In this document: piece after piece, positions 34,778-44,420 of the stretch
Position numbering within the stretch: the stretch's first letter is position 1
How the letters are laid out: each line of letters opens with the position of its first letter
Virus record (IMG/VR): IMGVR_UViG_3300042191_000124
Location: 1-44,532 of that record
DNA length: 44,532 bases
Origin: a virus
Taxonomy: Duplodnaviria; Caudoviricetes
Direction: 5' to 3' (one strand)
The notes under the pieces: generated by a model
Databases searched by the model: none
Seen by the model: only the letters and a program-made list of their open reading frames with translations
What the model was told of the DNA's origin: nothing
Position numbers and translations under genes: made by a program

Positions 34778-35278
34778 CTACACCCCTTGCGTCCTCGTAA
34801 ACAGCGACCCTCTGAGCACTCCGCCTACCCGCACCACCGCATTGTCCTTCGTCTCGAAGACCTCGATGGACGCCACCGGGTCCTCGACATTCACGATCTG
34901 CCGGAGCGTGGCGCCGAACGCTTTGCCCCGCAGGCCCTCGAACAAGGGGACCAGGGCCTCGATGCTGATCTCACTATCCCGCCGCGCGCTCGCCAAGGCG
35001 GCGACCCGCGTGTGATAGGCGAAGATCACCGGGAAGTCCGGGACGTCGCGCTTCCCGAAACTCGCCGCCTCGCCATTCGTCGGCTGCGTCCCGACGTAGT
35101 GCACGATCATCGGGAAGGCCGCTGCCAGCTGCCCACCCACGACCGTCACCGCCCCATCCATCACCGAGGCGATCGCGGGGACGCTCGTCGAATAGAGCGT
35201 GTTGAGCGTCGTGATCTGGGCGTTGATCGCGGCGACCGTGAAGTCCGCCTCGATCAGCTTGCGGATCGGGTAAATCAT
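34778..35278 (-). CDS. Tail terminator (gpU-position) protein
   Basis: 166 aa immediately before the tail tube; synteny. Confidence 0.55.
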   Translation of the reverse strand: MIYPIRKLIEADFTVAAINAQITTLNTLYSTSVPAIASVMDGAVTVVGGQLAAAFPMIVHYVGTQPTNGEAASFGKRDVPDFPVIFAYHTRVAALASARRDSEISIEALVPLFEGLRGKAFGATLRQIVNVEDPVASIEVFETKDNAVVRVGGVLRGSLFTRTQGV

Positions 35279-35568
35279 CCCGCGAGTACCACGCCGACCA
35301 TCCCCGCGTCATCGGGCGGCACGACGTCCCGCACCGTGTAGCTCACGCCGCCGACCGTCAGCGCCGCCCCGAGCACGAGCCCCGCAAGACCCGCCTTGAT
35401 CTCCACGACGTTGACGCGCTCGATCTGCTGCCCCTCGGAGCTGAGCACTTCCTGATTCTGTCGGAGGATGCCCTGGACCGTGGTAGCTCCCAGGACCACA
35501 TCGACCGCTTCACCCAGGGCCTTGAGGTCCGACAGCACCCAGGCGATGTCACCGTCCCCGAGCGCCAC
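35275..35568 (-). CDS. Head-tail joining protein (gpFII-like)
   Basis: 97 aa from GTG 35568 with GAGGA RBS; G..LTVGGVSYTVR...PDD.G...V.L. Confidence 0.7.
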   Translation of the reverse strand: MALGDGDIAWVLSDLKALGEAVDVVLGATTVQGILRQNQEVLSSEGQQIERVNVVEIKAGLAGLVLGAALTVGGVSYTVRDVVPPDDAGMVGVVLAG

Positions 35569-35755
35569 GTTTCCTCGCCGGCGCGGGGTCGCGGTGCTCG
35601 ACCTCGGGCTCCCGCGCCTCGACCGCTTCCACCCGCACCGCCCGACCCTGCGCGATAAACTGCTTCGCCCAGTAGTCGGGGATGTCGTGCTCGGTGCCGG
35701 GGTCGAGGGATTGGCCGTGCTCCCAGCCAACCCCCCGCAGCATCTTGATCCGCAT
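35549..35755 (-). CDS. Small post-capsid protein
   Basis: 68 aa, AAGGAG RBS, MRIKML...PG...DI...A..FI..G.A. Confidence 0.7.
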   Translation of the reverse strand: MRIKMLRGVGWEHGQSLDPGTEHDIPDYWAKQFIAQGRAVRVEAVEAREPEVEHRDPAPARKRGARGR

Positions 35756-35764
35756 GGCCGCTCC

Positions 35765-37687
35765 TTACGACGCGAGCGCGTCCTTCATCGCGGCGAAGCT
35801 GACCGGGTGCCGCACCCCGACGTCCACCATGAGGTACGGCGTGATGAGGATGTTCGCCCGGCGCGCCTGGGTGTAGGGATCGACCACGACCTCCATGTCG
35901 CCCCACTGGCCGAAGATCAGCTCGTTCCAGTTGCCGAAGATGATGGCCGAGCAGATCGTGGTGCTCGTGCCCTTCGTGAGGTTCGACGGCACCTGCTGCG
36001 TGGCCTCGGCGCGGTAGCCGTTCACCTCGCCCTGGTACCAGACCGGGATGCCGGTGGTCGCGCTGATCTGCGCCACCTTCTTGAGCGCCGCGCGCACCTT
36101 GGAGTTCGTGAGGTACGCCAGGGCCCCCATGTCGGCGTTGTCGATGGCGACCTCTTTCTCGAGGTCCACCGCGTGATCGTAGGTGGGCGCGAGCCCGTTC
36201 GTCCCGCCGGCGACCGACCCGATGCCGACGGTGGCCAGGATGCCGCGCGGTTCGTTCGAGGTCCCGAGGCCATTGATGCCGACCCGGTCGAGCTCGATCG
36301 CGAACACCTGGACGAAGTCGTCCCGGATCAGGTTGTCGATGTCCACGACCGCCTGCGCGAGGAGCTTCCGCGTGTAGGACGTGGTCGCCGTGGCGAGCTT
36401 CGGCGCGAGGTTCAGGTTGTCGAGCGTCAGGTTCGACTCGGACGCATCGGCCGTCGGCGACTCGCCGACCCAGGCCACGCTGTGCGCGCCCGTCTGCCGC
36501 GGGAACTGGACGTCCCCATTCAGGCCGGCGAGGAAGCGCGCGCCGAGCGCCCGCGTGAAGATGCGGTTGCGCAGGATCTCGATGAACGGCCCGGGCTCGG
36601 TGAACTTCAGCTCGCCGCCCTTCGAGGCCGTCGCGACTTCGTGCGCGCCGCGCTGGTAGTACAGCTGCTCGCGCACGCCCTGCGCCTTGCCCTGGTCGAC
36701 CCAGAGATTCATCGGGATGAAGATCGAGCTGACGTTCCGCTTCAGCTTGAGATTGCTCCCGCCCCGGGCTTTCGCGATCGCCCGATGGACGTCCATCTCG
36801 AACGGCGCCATCTCGTCGTCGCCTTCGGCGGCGGCGAGCAGCACGCGCGAGAGCGAGTACCGCCCGCGCTCGAGGTCCTCGGTCGCCACGACGGGACCGT
36901 CGGCCGCCGGCATGAAGCCCGGCCGCACCGTGGCCTCGTAGCCCGCCAGCACTTCACGGGTCGCGGCCTCCACCGGGGTGCCCTTGCTGTGCCACTCGTC
37001 GAACTTCGCGTCGCTGACCTTGTGCGAGCGTTGCAGGGCGCGGAGCTCGGAGACGCGCGTGCGCTCCACGGCGCCGGCGTCCGCGGCGACCGTCACGACC
37101 GGGGCTGGGGCCGGGGCCGGGGGAGAGGTCGGGTCCATGGTGCGTGACTCCTGTGTGACGGAGGCTTGGGGGTCTGCGGCGCGGCCAACGCCCACCGTGT
37201 GATCGGCCGGCACCGGGGCGAGCGACCCTTCCATCGGCATCCACTTCGTGGCGCGGACGGTCAGGATCTTGCCCTTCTCCTGCTCTTCTTTGCGGTCCTG
37301 GATCGTGTAGCCGACGGAGGTCTCGACGCGGATCCCGTCGAGCACGTCCTGCATCACTTCGCGTCCCTCGACGCTCTTGCTGAAGCGGACGGTGCCGCGC
37401 AGCACGCCATCGTCGCCCGCCTCGAGGTTCTCGATGCGGCCGACCTGCTTGTCGGTGTTGTGGTTCATCAGGAGGGGGAGGCCCTGCTTCGCGCGCGTGA
37501 AGTCGATCGCGCCGTTGCCGTGCTCGAGGATTTCGACCCAGCGATCGCCCCACCAGTCCTGGCGCTCGATCGGCGTGTCGGACGAGAGGGCGACGCTGAT
37601 CTCGGGGTCGCCTTTGCCGTCGCTCGCGCGCACGACCGTGAGGGCCGCGGTGCGATACAGCATGGGACTCGCTTGACGCTTCGCCAT
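35765..37687 (-). CDS. HK97-type prohead protease fused to major capsid protein
   Basis: N-terminal PLLMNH...GRIE...SVGY...EGSLAPVPAD protease; C-terminal AWVGE, IFGNW, DVGVRHPVSF capsid. Confidence 0.93.
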   Translation of the reverse strand: MAKRQASPMLYRTAALTVVRASDGKGDPEISVALSSDTPIERQDWWGDRWVEILEHGNGAIDFTRAKQGLPLLMNHNTDKQVGRIENLEAGDDGVLRGTVRFSKSVEGREVMQDVLDGIRVETSVGYTIQDRKEEQEKGKILTVRATKWMPMEGSLAPVPADHTVGVGRAADPQASVTQESRTMDPTSPPAPAPAPVVTVAADAGAVERTRVSELRALQRSHKVSDAKFDEWHSKGTPVEAATREVLAGYEATVRPGFMPAADGPVVATEDLERGRYSLSRVLLAAAEGDDEMAPFEMDVHRAIAKARGGSNLKLKRNVSSIFIPMNLWVDQGKAQGVREQLYYQRGAHEVATASKGGELKFTEPGPFIEILRNRIFTRALGARFLAGLNGDVQFPRQTGAHSVAWVGESPTADASESNLTLDNLNLAPKLATATTSYTRKLLAQAVVDIDNLIRDDFVQVFAIELDRVGINGLGTSNEPRGILATVGIGSVAGGTNGLAPTYDHAVDLEKEVAIDNADMGALAYLTNSKVRAALKKVAQISATTGIPVWYQGEVNGYRAEATQQVPSNLTKGTSTTICSAIIFGNWNELIFGQWGDMEVVVDPYTQARRANILITPYLMVDVGVRHPVSFAAMKDALAS

Positions 37688-37698
37688 TCGGACTCCCG

Positions 37699-37781
37699 AA
37701 AAGACAAAACCCCCAAGGAGAACCCCCAGGGGTTTGGCGTGAAACGAAAAACGCCCTCGGAGGGATGAGCCCCCGAGGGCG
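37699..37781 (-). terminator. Tandem intrinsic terminator-like hairpins before the capsid gene
   Basis: CGCCCTCGGGGG..CCTCCGAGGGCG-TTTTTCGTTT (37781-37742) and AAACCCCTGGGGG..CCTTGGGGGTTT-TGTCTTTT (37735-37699). Confidence 0.75.
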
Positions 37782-37802
37782 ATGGTGTCCTACGTTGCCT
37801 CA

Positions 37803-37831
37803 ACGCTAGCATCCTGCGGCGATTCGCGCAA
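37803..37831 (-). promoter_or_regulatory. Putative late promoter
   Basis: TTGCGC-17-TAGCGT followed by AACGTA. Confidence 0.5.
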
Positions 37832-37838
37832 CACCCCC

Positions 37839-39227
37839 CTAGTGCCGGACGATAGTCCGCTTGCGCGTGCCAGCCATGACGACGTAAGTCGAAACGGGCG
37901 GAGGGGGCGGGGCTCGTGTGATCGTCCCAACTTCCGCGGAGGCACTGACGCCGCTGAGTGCGAGGGTCAGGTCGTTGCCCAGGACTGTGACGGTGCCAAC
38001 CGCGGTCGTGGCAGCTACACTCGTGAGGGGGAGCGTGTTGCTTGGCGCAACCGTCCCGACCGCACCAGTGGCCGAGATTCCCGAGACTGCACACGCCCGC
38101 TCAACGGCGAGCGTCCCAACGCCCCCGGTTCCCGCAATCCCAGTCGGCGCGAGGGTGTGCGATGGAGATACCGTCCCGACGGCGCTTGAGGCGGAGACTC
38201 CTGAGACCGCCAGCGTTCCCTCGACCCCGAGCGTTCCAACGGCGCCGGTCCCGGCTACCCCCGTCAGGGCAAGCGTGACGTCATTGGACAGCACGGTGAC
38301 GGTGCCGACCGCCCCCGTGCCTGCAACACCCCCGAGAGGGGAACTGCTACTCGGCGCAACGGTCCCGACAGCGGCAGTCGCCGCCACCCCCGTGAGCGCG
38401 AGCGTCCGATCCGGCACGAGCGTCCCGACCGCCCCCGTCGCCGCAAGACCGGACAGGGCGAGAGCCAGACTGGCCACCACCGCGCCCACGCTGCTGGTGC
38501 CGGCCACGCCCGTCAGGGCGACCGTCACGTCCGGACTCACCGCATTCGGCCGGATCTCGAAGCCGATGGTCGAACTCTCATCGGCGGCGGTCGTCAGCAC
38601 GCCGCCCGTGACCGTGCCGGGATCAGCGGTCGGCGTGCAGGTCTGCACCTGGCACACGCAGCCCTGCGCGCCGATGGTGGTGGAGGTGAACTCGGCGACC
38701 GGCTCCGCCCACGTGCCGCCGGTCTGCGCGCCGCCCGCCGCGAGCGCGTTGTTGTCGTCCTGCGCGATGAGGGCGATGGCCAACGCCCCGGCCACGGTGG
38801 TCGTCACCGTGGGCAGGGCCGGGTCGTCCTCTTTCGGGATGTCCGAGAAGCTTGCGGCCGGAATGATGTCGGCGAGGGTGCCTGAGACGTAGCCGTCGAA
38901 GCTGTAGATGCGCCCGAAGCGGCCCGCCGTGCCACCCGCCGTGCCGAAGTTGACGGTGGTGCCGTCCTCGGTCCCCACGGCGATCTTGCCGTACACGTAG
39001 GAGCGCCCGACCGGCGTGCCGGTGCCCATCGCCGCTCCGAGCCCCGAGGTCGGATACAATCGCGTCCAGCCCGAGGGGGTAGTCGGCTCCGAAACGTTGT
39101 CAATCCAGTTGAGATGCGCGACGAGAATGTCATTCGCCGCCACCACGGCCGGGCACACAAGGGCGAGCTGGGCGCCGCTCGTCTCCGTCCCCGCGCCCGC
39201 GCCCGCCGACTTGTAGGCGATCCCCAT
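37839..39227 (-). CDS. Virion protein with ten ~20-aa Gly/Thr/Ala/Val repeats
   Basis: C-terminal repeat LAL[TS]GV[AS][AG]T[GA]AVGT[VL]; lies between portal and capsid. Confidence 0.8.
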   Translation of the reverse strand: MGIAYKSAGAGAGTETSGAQLALVCPAVVAANDILVAHLNWIDNVSEPTTPSGWTRLYPTSGLGAAMGTGTPVGRSYVYGKIAVGTEDGTTVNFGTAGGTAGRFGRIYSFDGYVSGTLADIIPAASFSDIPKEDDPALPTVTTTVAGALAIALIAQDDNNALAAGGAQTGGTWAEPVAEFTSTTIGAQGCVCQVQTCTPTADPGTVTGGVLTTAADESSTIGFEIRPNAVSPDVTVALTGVAGTSSVGAVVASLALALSGLAATGAVGTLVPDRTLALTGVAATAAVGTVAPSSSSPLGGVAGTGAVGTVTVLSNDVTLALTGVAGTGAVGTLGVEGTLAVSGVSASSAVGTVSPSHTLAPTGIAGTGGVGTLAVERACAVSGISATGAVGTVAPSNTLPLTSVAATTAVGTVTVLGNDLTLALSGVSASAEVGTITRAPPPPPVSTYVVMAGTRKRTIVRH

Positions 39228-39686
39228 TTACGCGATCCGGATCAGGCCCGTCGTGGCGTCGTTCACGGGCATCGTGAGGGTCAGGGTGCCCGCCGTGATC
39301 GTCTGCGATCCGAAGGTGTGCACCGACACCGCGAGCTTCGACGCCGACGTGTCGTTGTAGATCAGTACCGCGTCGAACGCCGTGGCCAACGTCACGTTCG
39401 TATAGACGATGGACGCCGAGGGCGTGAAGAAGGCCGTCGTGCCGGAGATCGCCGGCCCGGTCGCCGTCGTCACCGCCACGCCACCCGCCGTGTAGTTCGT
39501 GCCGGAGACTTCGCCCGTCGCGCTGTAGACCGTGTCGCCGGCGCCGCGCGAGGCAGTCACCAGGTACAGCGCCGCCTTGTAGGCGTCCTTCGTGGTGGCG
39601 GCGCGGATCACGCTCGCCCCGAAGGCGTGCAGGCCGTTCATGAGGTCGGCCTTCGCCTGGGTGCAGAATGCCTGGATGTTCGCCAT
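39228..39686 (-). CDS. Conserved phage structural protein (fiber/decoration-like)
   Basis: QAFCT..K..L..G.H.F...K.ALY...GEVSGTNYTAGG...LIYNDT...FG..T..AGT.TL..P; GGAGG RBS. Confidence 0.75.
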   Translation of the reverse strand: MANIQAFCTQAKADLMNGLHAFGASVIRAATTKDAYKAALYLVTASRGAGDTVYSATGEVSGTNYTAGGVAVTTATGPAISGTTAFFTPSASIVYTNVTLATAFDAVLIYNDTSASKLAVSVHTFGSQTITAGTLTLTMPVNDATTGLIRIA

Positions 39687-39687
39687 C

Positions 39688-39936
39688 TCAGCCTCCGAGT
39701 GATGCCGCTTCGCCGAAGGCGGAGAGGGGTCGTTTCAGGGTGATGTGCGCCGAGCGATGGACATGCTGTGAACAGAAGTGCGTCGGGGCATCCGCCGTCC
39801 CGGTCTGGTGCGCCGGCCCGGGGCAGCCGCGCAAGCAGTACTCCACCCACGTCGTATGCTCGACGTCGGTGTCGACAACGCCCTCTTTTTTCTCGAGGAG
39901 CGTTTCGTCCATGAGGCCGTGCGTCGTCGTGATCAT
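39688..39936 (-). CDS. Small hypothetical protein
   Basis: 82 aa coupled to the portal stop; TTWVEY...VHRSAHI.LK. Confidence 0.7.
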   Translation of the reverse strand: MITTTHGLMDETLLEKKEGVVDTDVEHTTWVEYCLRGCPGPAHQTGTADAPTHFCSQHVHRSAHITLKRPLSAFGEAASLGG

Positions 39937-41510
39937 CGGCTCCTCGCAGCGATTCGGTTGCCGTTCCCGTTCTTGCCGGCCGCCTCATCCTCGTTGTCCT
40001 GCACGCCCTGCGCGTTCGGCCCGGGCGTCTGGCCACTCACCGGCCCGAGCGTCAACCCATGCTCGGCGGAGAGCTTCTGCTCCTCCGCCAGGTCCTCGAG
40101 GATCTCCTCGAAGTCGCGCCCCTGCTCCGCCGCCTGCCGGGTGCGGGAGTTCAACCCGAGCGCCAGTTCCTTCTCCGACGCATCGAGCTCGTTGCGGGGA
40201 TCGACCCAGGCCCACCCCCGCGGCCGCCACGCCACCCGCAGATAGTTCCGCGGATCGACGGACAGCCCCGGCAGCTCGCCCGTCAGGAGTGCCATCTTGA
40301 GCCACTCCTCGTAGACCCGCGTGTGGACGTGCTCGATCATCCACTGCTGCAGCGCCCGCCACTCATCCCGATCCGCCAGCTCGCCCACGCGCGCGGACGA
40401 GTAATTGACGCCGGAGAGGTCGTTGGCGAGCGAGTGGTAGGAGACGCCGAGCCCCGCCGCAATCGCCCGGAGAATCGAGGACACGAAGTCGCCGTAGGCT
40501 TGCGTCGGGTGCTGCGGGTCGTTCTGGACGGCCTTGTAGCCCGGCGGCAGCTCATGCGCCATCCCCGGCGAGATTTCCTCGGGGACCGTGTCGATGGTCT
40601 CGTCCTGCGTCCCGGTCAGGGCGGCGTCTGCCGTCGTCTCGTAGAAGATCGGCTTGGCGGCCGCCGACCGCGCGGCAACGAGCTCGGCCTCCTGATAGCC
40701 GTCGAGCATCTTGTGCGGGACGAGCACCGGATGAAACCACGGCACGCCGCGCGTCTGGTTCACCCGCAGCGGGAGGAAGTCGTGAACGATCTGATCGGCC
40801 GGGATAGGCTCCCGCTTCCGGTCGATGGTCGCCTCGGAAGGGTGGCGATTGAACAGCCAGTAGGCGACCGGCTTCCCCCACCGATCGATCTCCACGCCCA
40901 TGCGGATCTCGTTCTCGCGATCCGACGCGGGGCGGTTGAACGTCACATCCAGGAGGTCCGGGTCGATGAGCTGGACCGCGAAGCGGAACGGATTGTCGAA
41001 GCCCCGCACGAACCGGAGAATGAACTCGCCGTCCTGGCCGAGCGACGTCGCGAGGAGCCCCTGCACGTCACGCCAGGAGTGCCGCCCATCGACGGTGCAG
41101 CGTTTGCCCCACGCCGCCCAGCCCTCCTCGATCGTCGGGTTCACCGTCTCGAACGGCCGCCCCTCGGCGGAGCGGATCCGCGCCTGCAGGCGAATCCCCA
41201 TCGGCCCGACGACGTTGGCGCGGAGGAGCTGCAGGAAGCGTTTCGCGTAGGCGGAATTCCGACAGAGATCGCGCGAGCGGGCCCGCAAGGTCATCAGGTC
41301 GCCCTGAATCTCCTTGTCGACCGACAGGACGCCCATGACCCAGTCCATGAACAGCCGGCTGACGCGCGCGCCGGCGAACCCCTGTCCGCCGGTCACGCCC
41401 CCTTCGATGCCGACCACGGCCCGCTGCGCCATCGCCTGGAACGGCGCGGGGGCGAGGCGCTCCCACCAGCGGAGTGAGCGGAGCGGGGCGGGGGGGAGGC
41501 GGCGGCGCAT
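39933..41510 (-). CDS. Portal protein, lambda family
   Basis: LRARSRDL.RN, VVG.MGI, GVEID.WG.PVAY, RGVPWF, NYSSAR, WAWVDP. Confidence 0.94.
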   Translation of the reverse strand: MRRRLPPAPLRSLRWWERLAPAPFQAMAQRAVVGIEGGVTGGQGFAGARVSRLFMDWVMGVLSVDKEIQGDLMTLRARSRDLCRNSAYAKRFLQLLRANVVGPMGIRLQARIRSAEGRPFETVNPTIEEGWAAWGKRCTVDGRHSWRDVQGLLATSLGQDGEFILRFVRGFDNPFRFAVQLIDPDLLDVTFNRPASDRENEIRMGVEIDRWGKPVAYWLFNRHPSEATIDRKREPIPADQIVHDFLPLRVNQTRGVPWFHPVLVPHKMLDGYQEAELVAARSAAAKPIFYETTADAALTGTQDETIDTVPEEISPGMAHELPPGYKAVQNDPQHPTQAYGDFVSSILRAIAAGLGVSYHSLANDLSGVNYSSARVGELADRDEWRALQQWMIEHVHTRVYEEWLKMALLTGELPGLSVDPRNYLRVAWRPRGWAWVDPRNELDASEKELALGLNSRTRQAAEQGRDFEEILEDLAEEQKLSAEHGLTLGPVSGQTPGPNAQGVQDNEDEAAGKNGNGNRIAARSR

Positions 41511-42091
41511 TAGGGCTGCACGAACGTCGTGAGGTGCATGACGCCGAACTGCCCGGGGTTCCGCTCACGCTGCACGCGGGCGAAGTAGATATTGTGCCAC
41601 TTGATGAGTTCGGCGACCGGGATCTTGCTCACCGCGCGGCCGGCGATCTGGTAGGACTCGATGTCGGAGGAGGCCCGGCCTTCGAGGACGGACTGAATCG
41701 CGGCCAGCATCTTCTCCGCGTGCGTCTGCTGCGTGCCCGCCGCGCCGGCGTTCAGATCCGGCTCGAGGAACAGCACGCCAGCGTCCACCGTAAACCGCTC
41801 GGCGGCCTTCTCGACGAAGGCGACCCACTTCCAGTTACCCGAGACGAGCGCCGCGGAGATAGTCGCCGTCACGTCGGCGTCGTGGTCGACGCCGTTCGCG
41901 TTTGCGGTCGTGGTGATCTGGAGCTTCGTGCCCGTCGCGGAGGCGGAGCCGACGTTGTGGAAGGCGTACTTCAGCACCCAGCCATCGCCCGACAGGTGGT
42001 CGGGGACGTGCTTCGTCCAGGCCCAGGTATCGCCCGCGCGCGCGACCGTCGGTTCGGAGCTCGGCCGTTCGTTGTGCAGAGTGCCCCCCAA
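41510..42091 (-). CDS. Head completion protein (gpW-like C-terminal domain)
   Basis: HAEKMLAAI...SYQIAGR...EL...Y...V; between terL and portal. Start uncertain (TTG 42091 or CTG 42079). Confidence 0.7.
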   Translation of the reverse strand: MGGTLHNERPSSEPTVARAGDTWAWTKHVPDHLSGDGWVLKYAFHNVGSASATGTKLQITTTANANGVDHDADVTATISAALVSGNWKWVAFVEKAAERFTVDAGVLFLEPDLNAGAAGTQQTHAEKMLAAIQSVLEGRASSDIESYQIAGRAVSKIPVAELIKWHNIYFARVQRERNPGQFGVMHLTTFVQP

Positions 42092-42129
42092 ACAGAAAAC
42101 GCCCCCGGAGGCCAAAGCCCCCAGGGGCG
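42090..42129 (-). terminator. Intrinsic terminator-like hairpin after terL
   Basis: 13-bp stem CGCCCCTGGGGGC-TTTG-GCCTCCGGGGGCG followed by TTTTCTGTTT. Confidence 0.75.
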
Positions 42130-42143
42130 ATACGTTCCCGTAC

Positions 42144-42172
42144 AACTTACACGCGCTCGCGTTCCTGCGCCA
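42144..42172 (-). promoter_or_regulatory. Putative late promoter
   Basis: TGGCGC-17-TAAGTT followed by AACGTA. Confidence 0.45.
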
Positions 42173-42173
42173 C

Positions 42174-44060
42174 CTAGTAGTCGTTCACCCAGTTCCGCCG
42201 CTTCGGCGTCCGGCGCATCGTCTTCAGCTTCTCGGCCGCCATCGTCGTCGGGGGCGGCTCCGGGATCACAGGCACCGGGGCCCCGCCCAATCGCCGAGCC
42301 AGCACCCCCAGCTGCTCCTTCCGCGCGCTCGACAGCTCGAGCGCCACGAGCGCCAGCACCTCACAGTCCAGCACCTCGTTGCGCCGCCCGCGGGGCAGTT
42401 TGTAGCGCCGGAACCAGCGACCGTTCACCATCTCCTTGACCACCTTCTCCGCGACGAGCTGGTCGAAGTAGTCGGCGTCCGCCGCGAGTGGGAAGTGCAT
42501 GAACTGCGGCCCGGGGGTCGAGATGCGCAGTCGCCCGTAGACCGAATCCTTCGCCGCATCGGTCCCGACAAAGAACAGCCGGACGCGCCCCCGATTACTG
42601 ACCGAGGGCTTGTGATTCACGACGGGATGCCCCGGCCCGGAGTAGCCCTTGGTGGCAAACACCCGGAAGCCGTAGCGGGGTTTGCAGAAGCGATAGACGG
42701 CATCGGTATGCGCGCCGGAGTCCACGCAGGTCGTGTTGACGCGAATCGTGACCCCTGCTTCGTGTCGCCAGTCCGTGTGGAGGAGGGTGTCGAGCTGCGC
42801 CCAGACCGAGGGCTTCGTTCTGTCCTTGCTCTCCCCACTCGGGTCCCCGAGGATGATCTCCCGCCGGATCAGCCAGGATTCCTCCCCGTGGCCCCAGCCA
42901 CGGACGATGACCTCGAGCCGGTCATCCTGCACGTCCACGCCGGCGGTCAGTAGCCCGACGCCCGCTGGCACCTCGGCGGCATAGGCTTCCTTGCGACTCT
43001 CGAAGTCATCGGCATCCATGCCGCCGCGCTCCTCCCATGTCTCCCCGAGCTTCAGGTTCACGAAGGCTTGCAGCGCGGCGACGTCCTGCTGGCAGTCGAG
43101 CCACCCGGCGGCCAGCGCGCCCCACCGCTGCCACGGGGAATAGAGCGCATTGATGTGAAAGCCAGGAATCCGCGAGCCGGGGTTCTCGGGGACCCACTTC
43201 CCGCCGGCCAGCATCCGCTCCTTGTCGGTCTCAGGAATGAGTGTTCCACAGTGCTCGCAGACGTAGGCGGCGGTTTCAGGGTGCCCCTCCTCCCATCGGA
43301 GATTCTTCCAGACGAGGACCTGGAACGCACCGCAGGCGGGGCAGGGGACGTGATACCGACGCTGGTCGGACTTCGCGTACTCTTTCTCGATCCGCGAAAA
43401 GCCCTTCAGGGTCGGCGTCGAGTTCTTGAGGATCTTGCGGTTCCAGAAGTTCGCCGCGCGCTGCTCCCCCAGCTTGATCGGATCGCCCTCGGTGCTGATC
43501 GACTCGTCGTAGCGGTCGATTTCCTCGAAGAGCACGATCCGGATCGGTCGACTCGCGAGGCCGCTCGGGGAGTTCGCGCCGATGACGGTGATGTGCCCCC
43601 CGGGGAAGACTTTGTGGAGCACGGTGTTCGAGGTATCGCGGGACTTGGGGTCAGAAACCTTCCCCCGCAGACAGGCCGACGCCTGGAGCATCGGTGCCAG
43701 CCGGTCGGTGCTCCATGTCCGCGCCATCGGGTCCACGTTCGGCTGCACCACGAGGATCGGCGCCGGATCTTGGTCGATGTAGTAGCCGACGATGTTGTTG
43801 ACGATCTCCGTCTTGCCGATCTGGGAGGCGCACATGAACACCACCGCCTCCACCATGGGGTCGGTGAAGACGTCCATCATTTCCTGTTGGTAGGGGGCGC
43901 GGTCAGTCCGCCAGTCGCCGGGCTCGGCCGAGGCGTGCCCCGTCAGGACACGGTTGGCGTCCGCCCATTCGGAAACGGTGAGTCTAGGCGCGGGCGGTAG
44001 GCCCGCGTGGACGACCTCGGCGGCGAGGTTGAGGGCGTTCACTTCCACGAGTCGCAACAT
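42174..44060 (-). CDS. terL: Terminase large subunit, lambda GpA family
   Basis: ASQIGKTE, VLFEEIDRY, STPT, VPCPACG, LTAGVDVQDDRLE, RNEVLDC. Confidence 0.95.
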   Translation of the reverse strand: MLRLVEVNALNLAAEVVHAGLPPAPRLTVSEWADANRVLTGHASAEPGDWRTDRAPYQQEMMDVFTDPMVEAVVFMCASQIGKTEIVNNIVGYYIDQDPAPILVVQPNVDPMARTWSTDRLAPMLQASACLRGKVSDPKSRDTSNTVLHKVFPGGHITVIGANSPSGLASRPIRIVLFEEIDRYDESISTEGDPIKLGEQRAANFWNRKILKNSTPTLKGFSRIEKEYAKSDQRRYHVPCPACGAFQVLVWKNLRWEEGHPETAAYVCEHCGTLIPETDKERMLAGGKWVPENPGSRIPGFHINALYSPWQRWGALAAGWLDCQQDVAALQAFVNLKLGETWEERGGMDADDFESRKEAYAAEVPAGVGLLTAGVDVQDDRLEVIVRGWGHGEESWLIRREIILGDPSGESKDRTKPSVWAQLDTLLHTDWRHEAGVTIRVNTTCVDSGAHTDAVYRFCKPRYGFRVFATKGYSGPGHPVVNHKPSVSNRGRVRLFFVGTDAAKDSVYGRLRISTPGPQFMHFPLAADADYFDQLVAEKVVKEMVNGRWFRRYKLPRGRRNEVLDCEVLALVALELSSARKEQLGVLARRLGGAPVPVIPEPPPTTMAAEKLKTMRRTPKRRNWVNDY

Positions 44061-44370
44061 CCCGGACGTCTCCTCCAGCTTGGCGTAGCGTCGTCAGAAA
44101 GTCGTTGGCGATGTTCTCGAGGACGGTCTGGGCTTGGCCGATCGCCTTGAGTCCCACAATCCGCGGCGCATACTTCCCGGGGAACGCGGTGATGCGGGCC
44201 CGCAGCTCCGCCACGACGAGCGCGAGCAACCGCTTGAAGGACTCCAGCGGTAGCGCCTTCCCCTCCCGCTCCAGCAGGGCCAGTTCCGCCAGCTTGGCGT
44301 CGGCTACCATCTTTCGCCGTCTCGCCGCTGTTAGCCCGTCTTGCGCAGAGTTCTTCCGTGGCCTGGCCAT
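43984..44370 (-). CDS. terS: Terminase small subunit (Nu1-like)
   Basis: AR.RK..ADA.LAEL...EREG.....L...P helix pattern; directly upstream of terL. Confidence 0.8.
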   Translation of the reverse strand: MARPRKNSAQDGLTAARRRKMVADAKLAELALLEREGKALPLESFKRLLALVVAELRARITAFPGKYAPRIVGLKAIGQAQTVLENIANDFLTTLRQAGGDVRDVATRGSERPQPRRRGRPRGPTARA

Positions 44371-44420
44371 TCCTACCGAAACCCCTGAGCAAAAATTACT
44401 TTATCTGGTAAAGTGGTGCC

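Noticed and set aside
37918-38530. CRISPR-like or DNA-level repeat array
   Set aside because: The periodicity is a degenerate protein repeat; there are no identical repeats with spacers.
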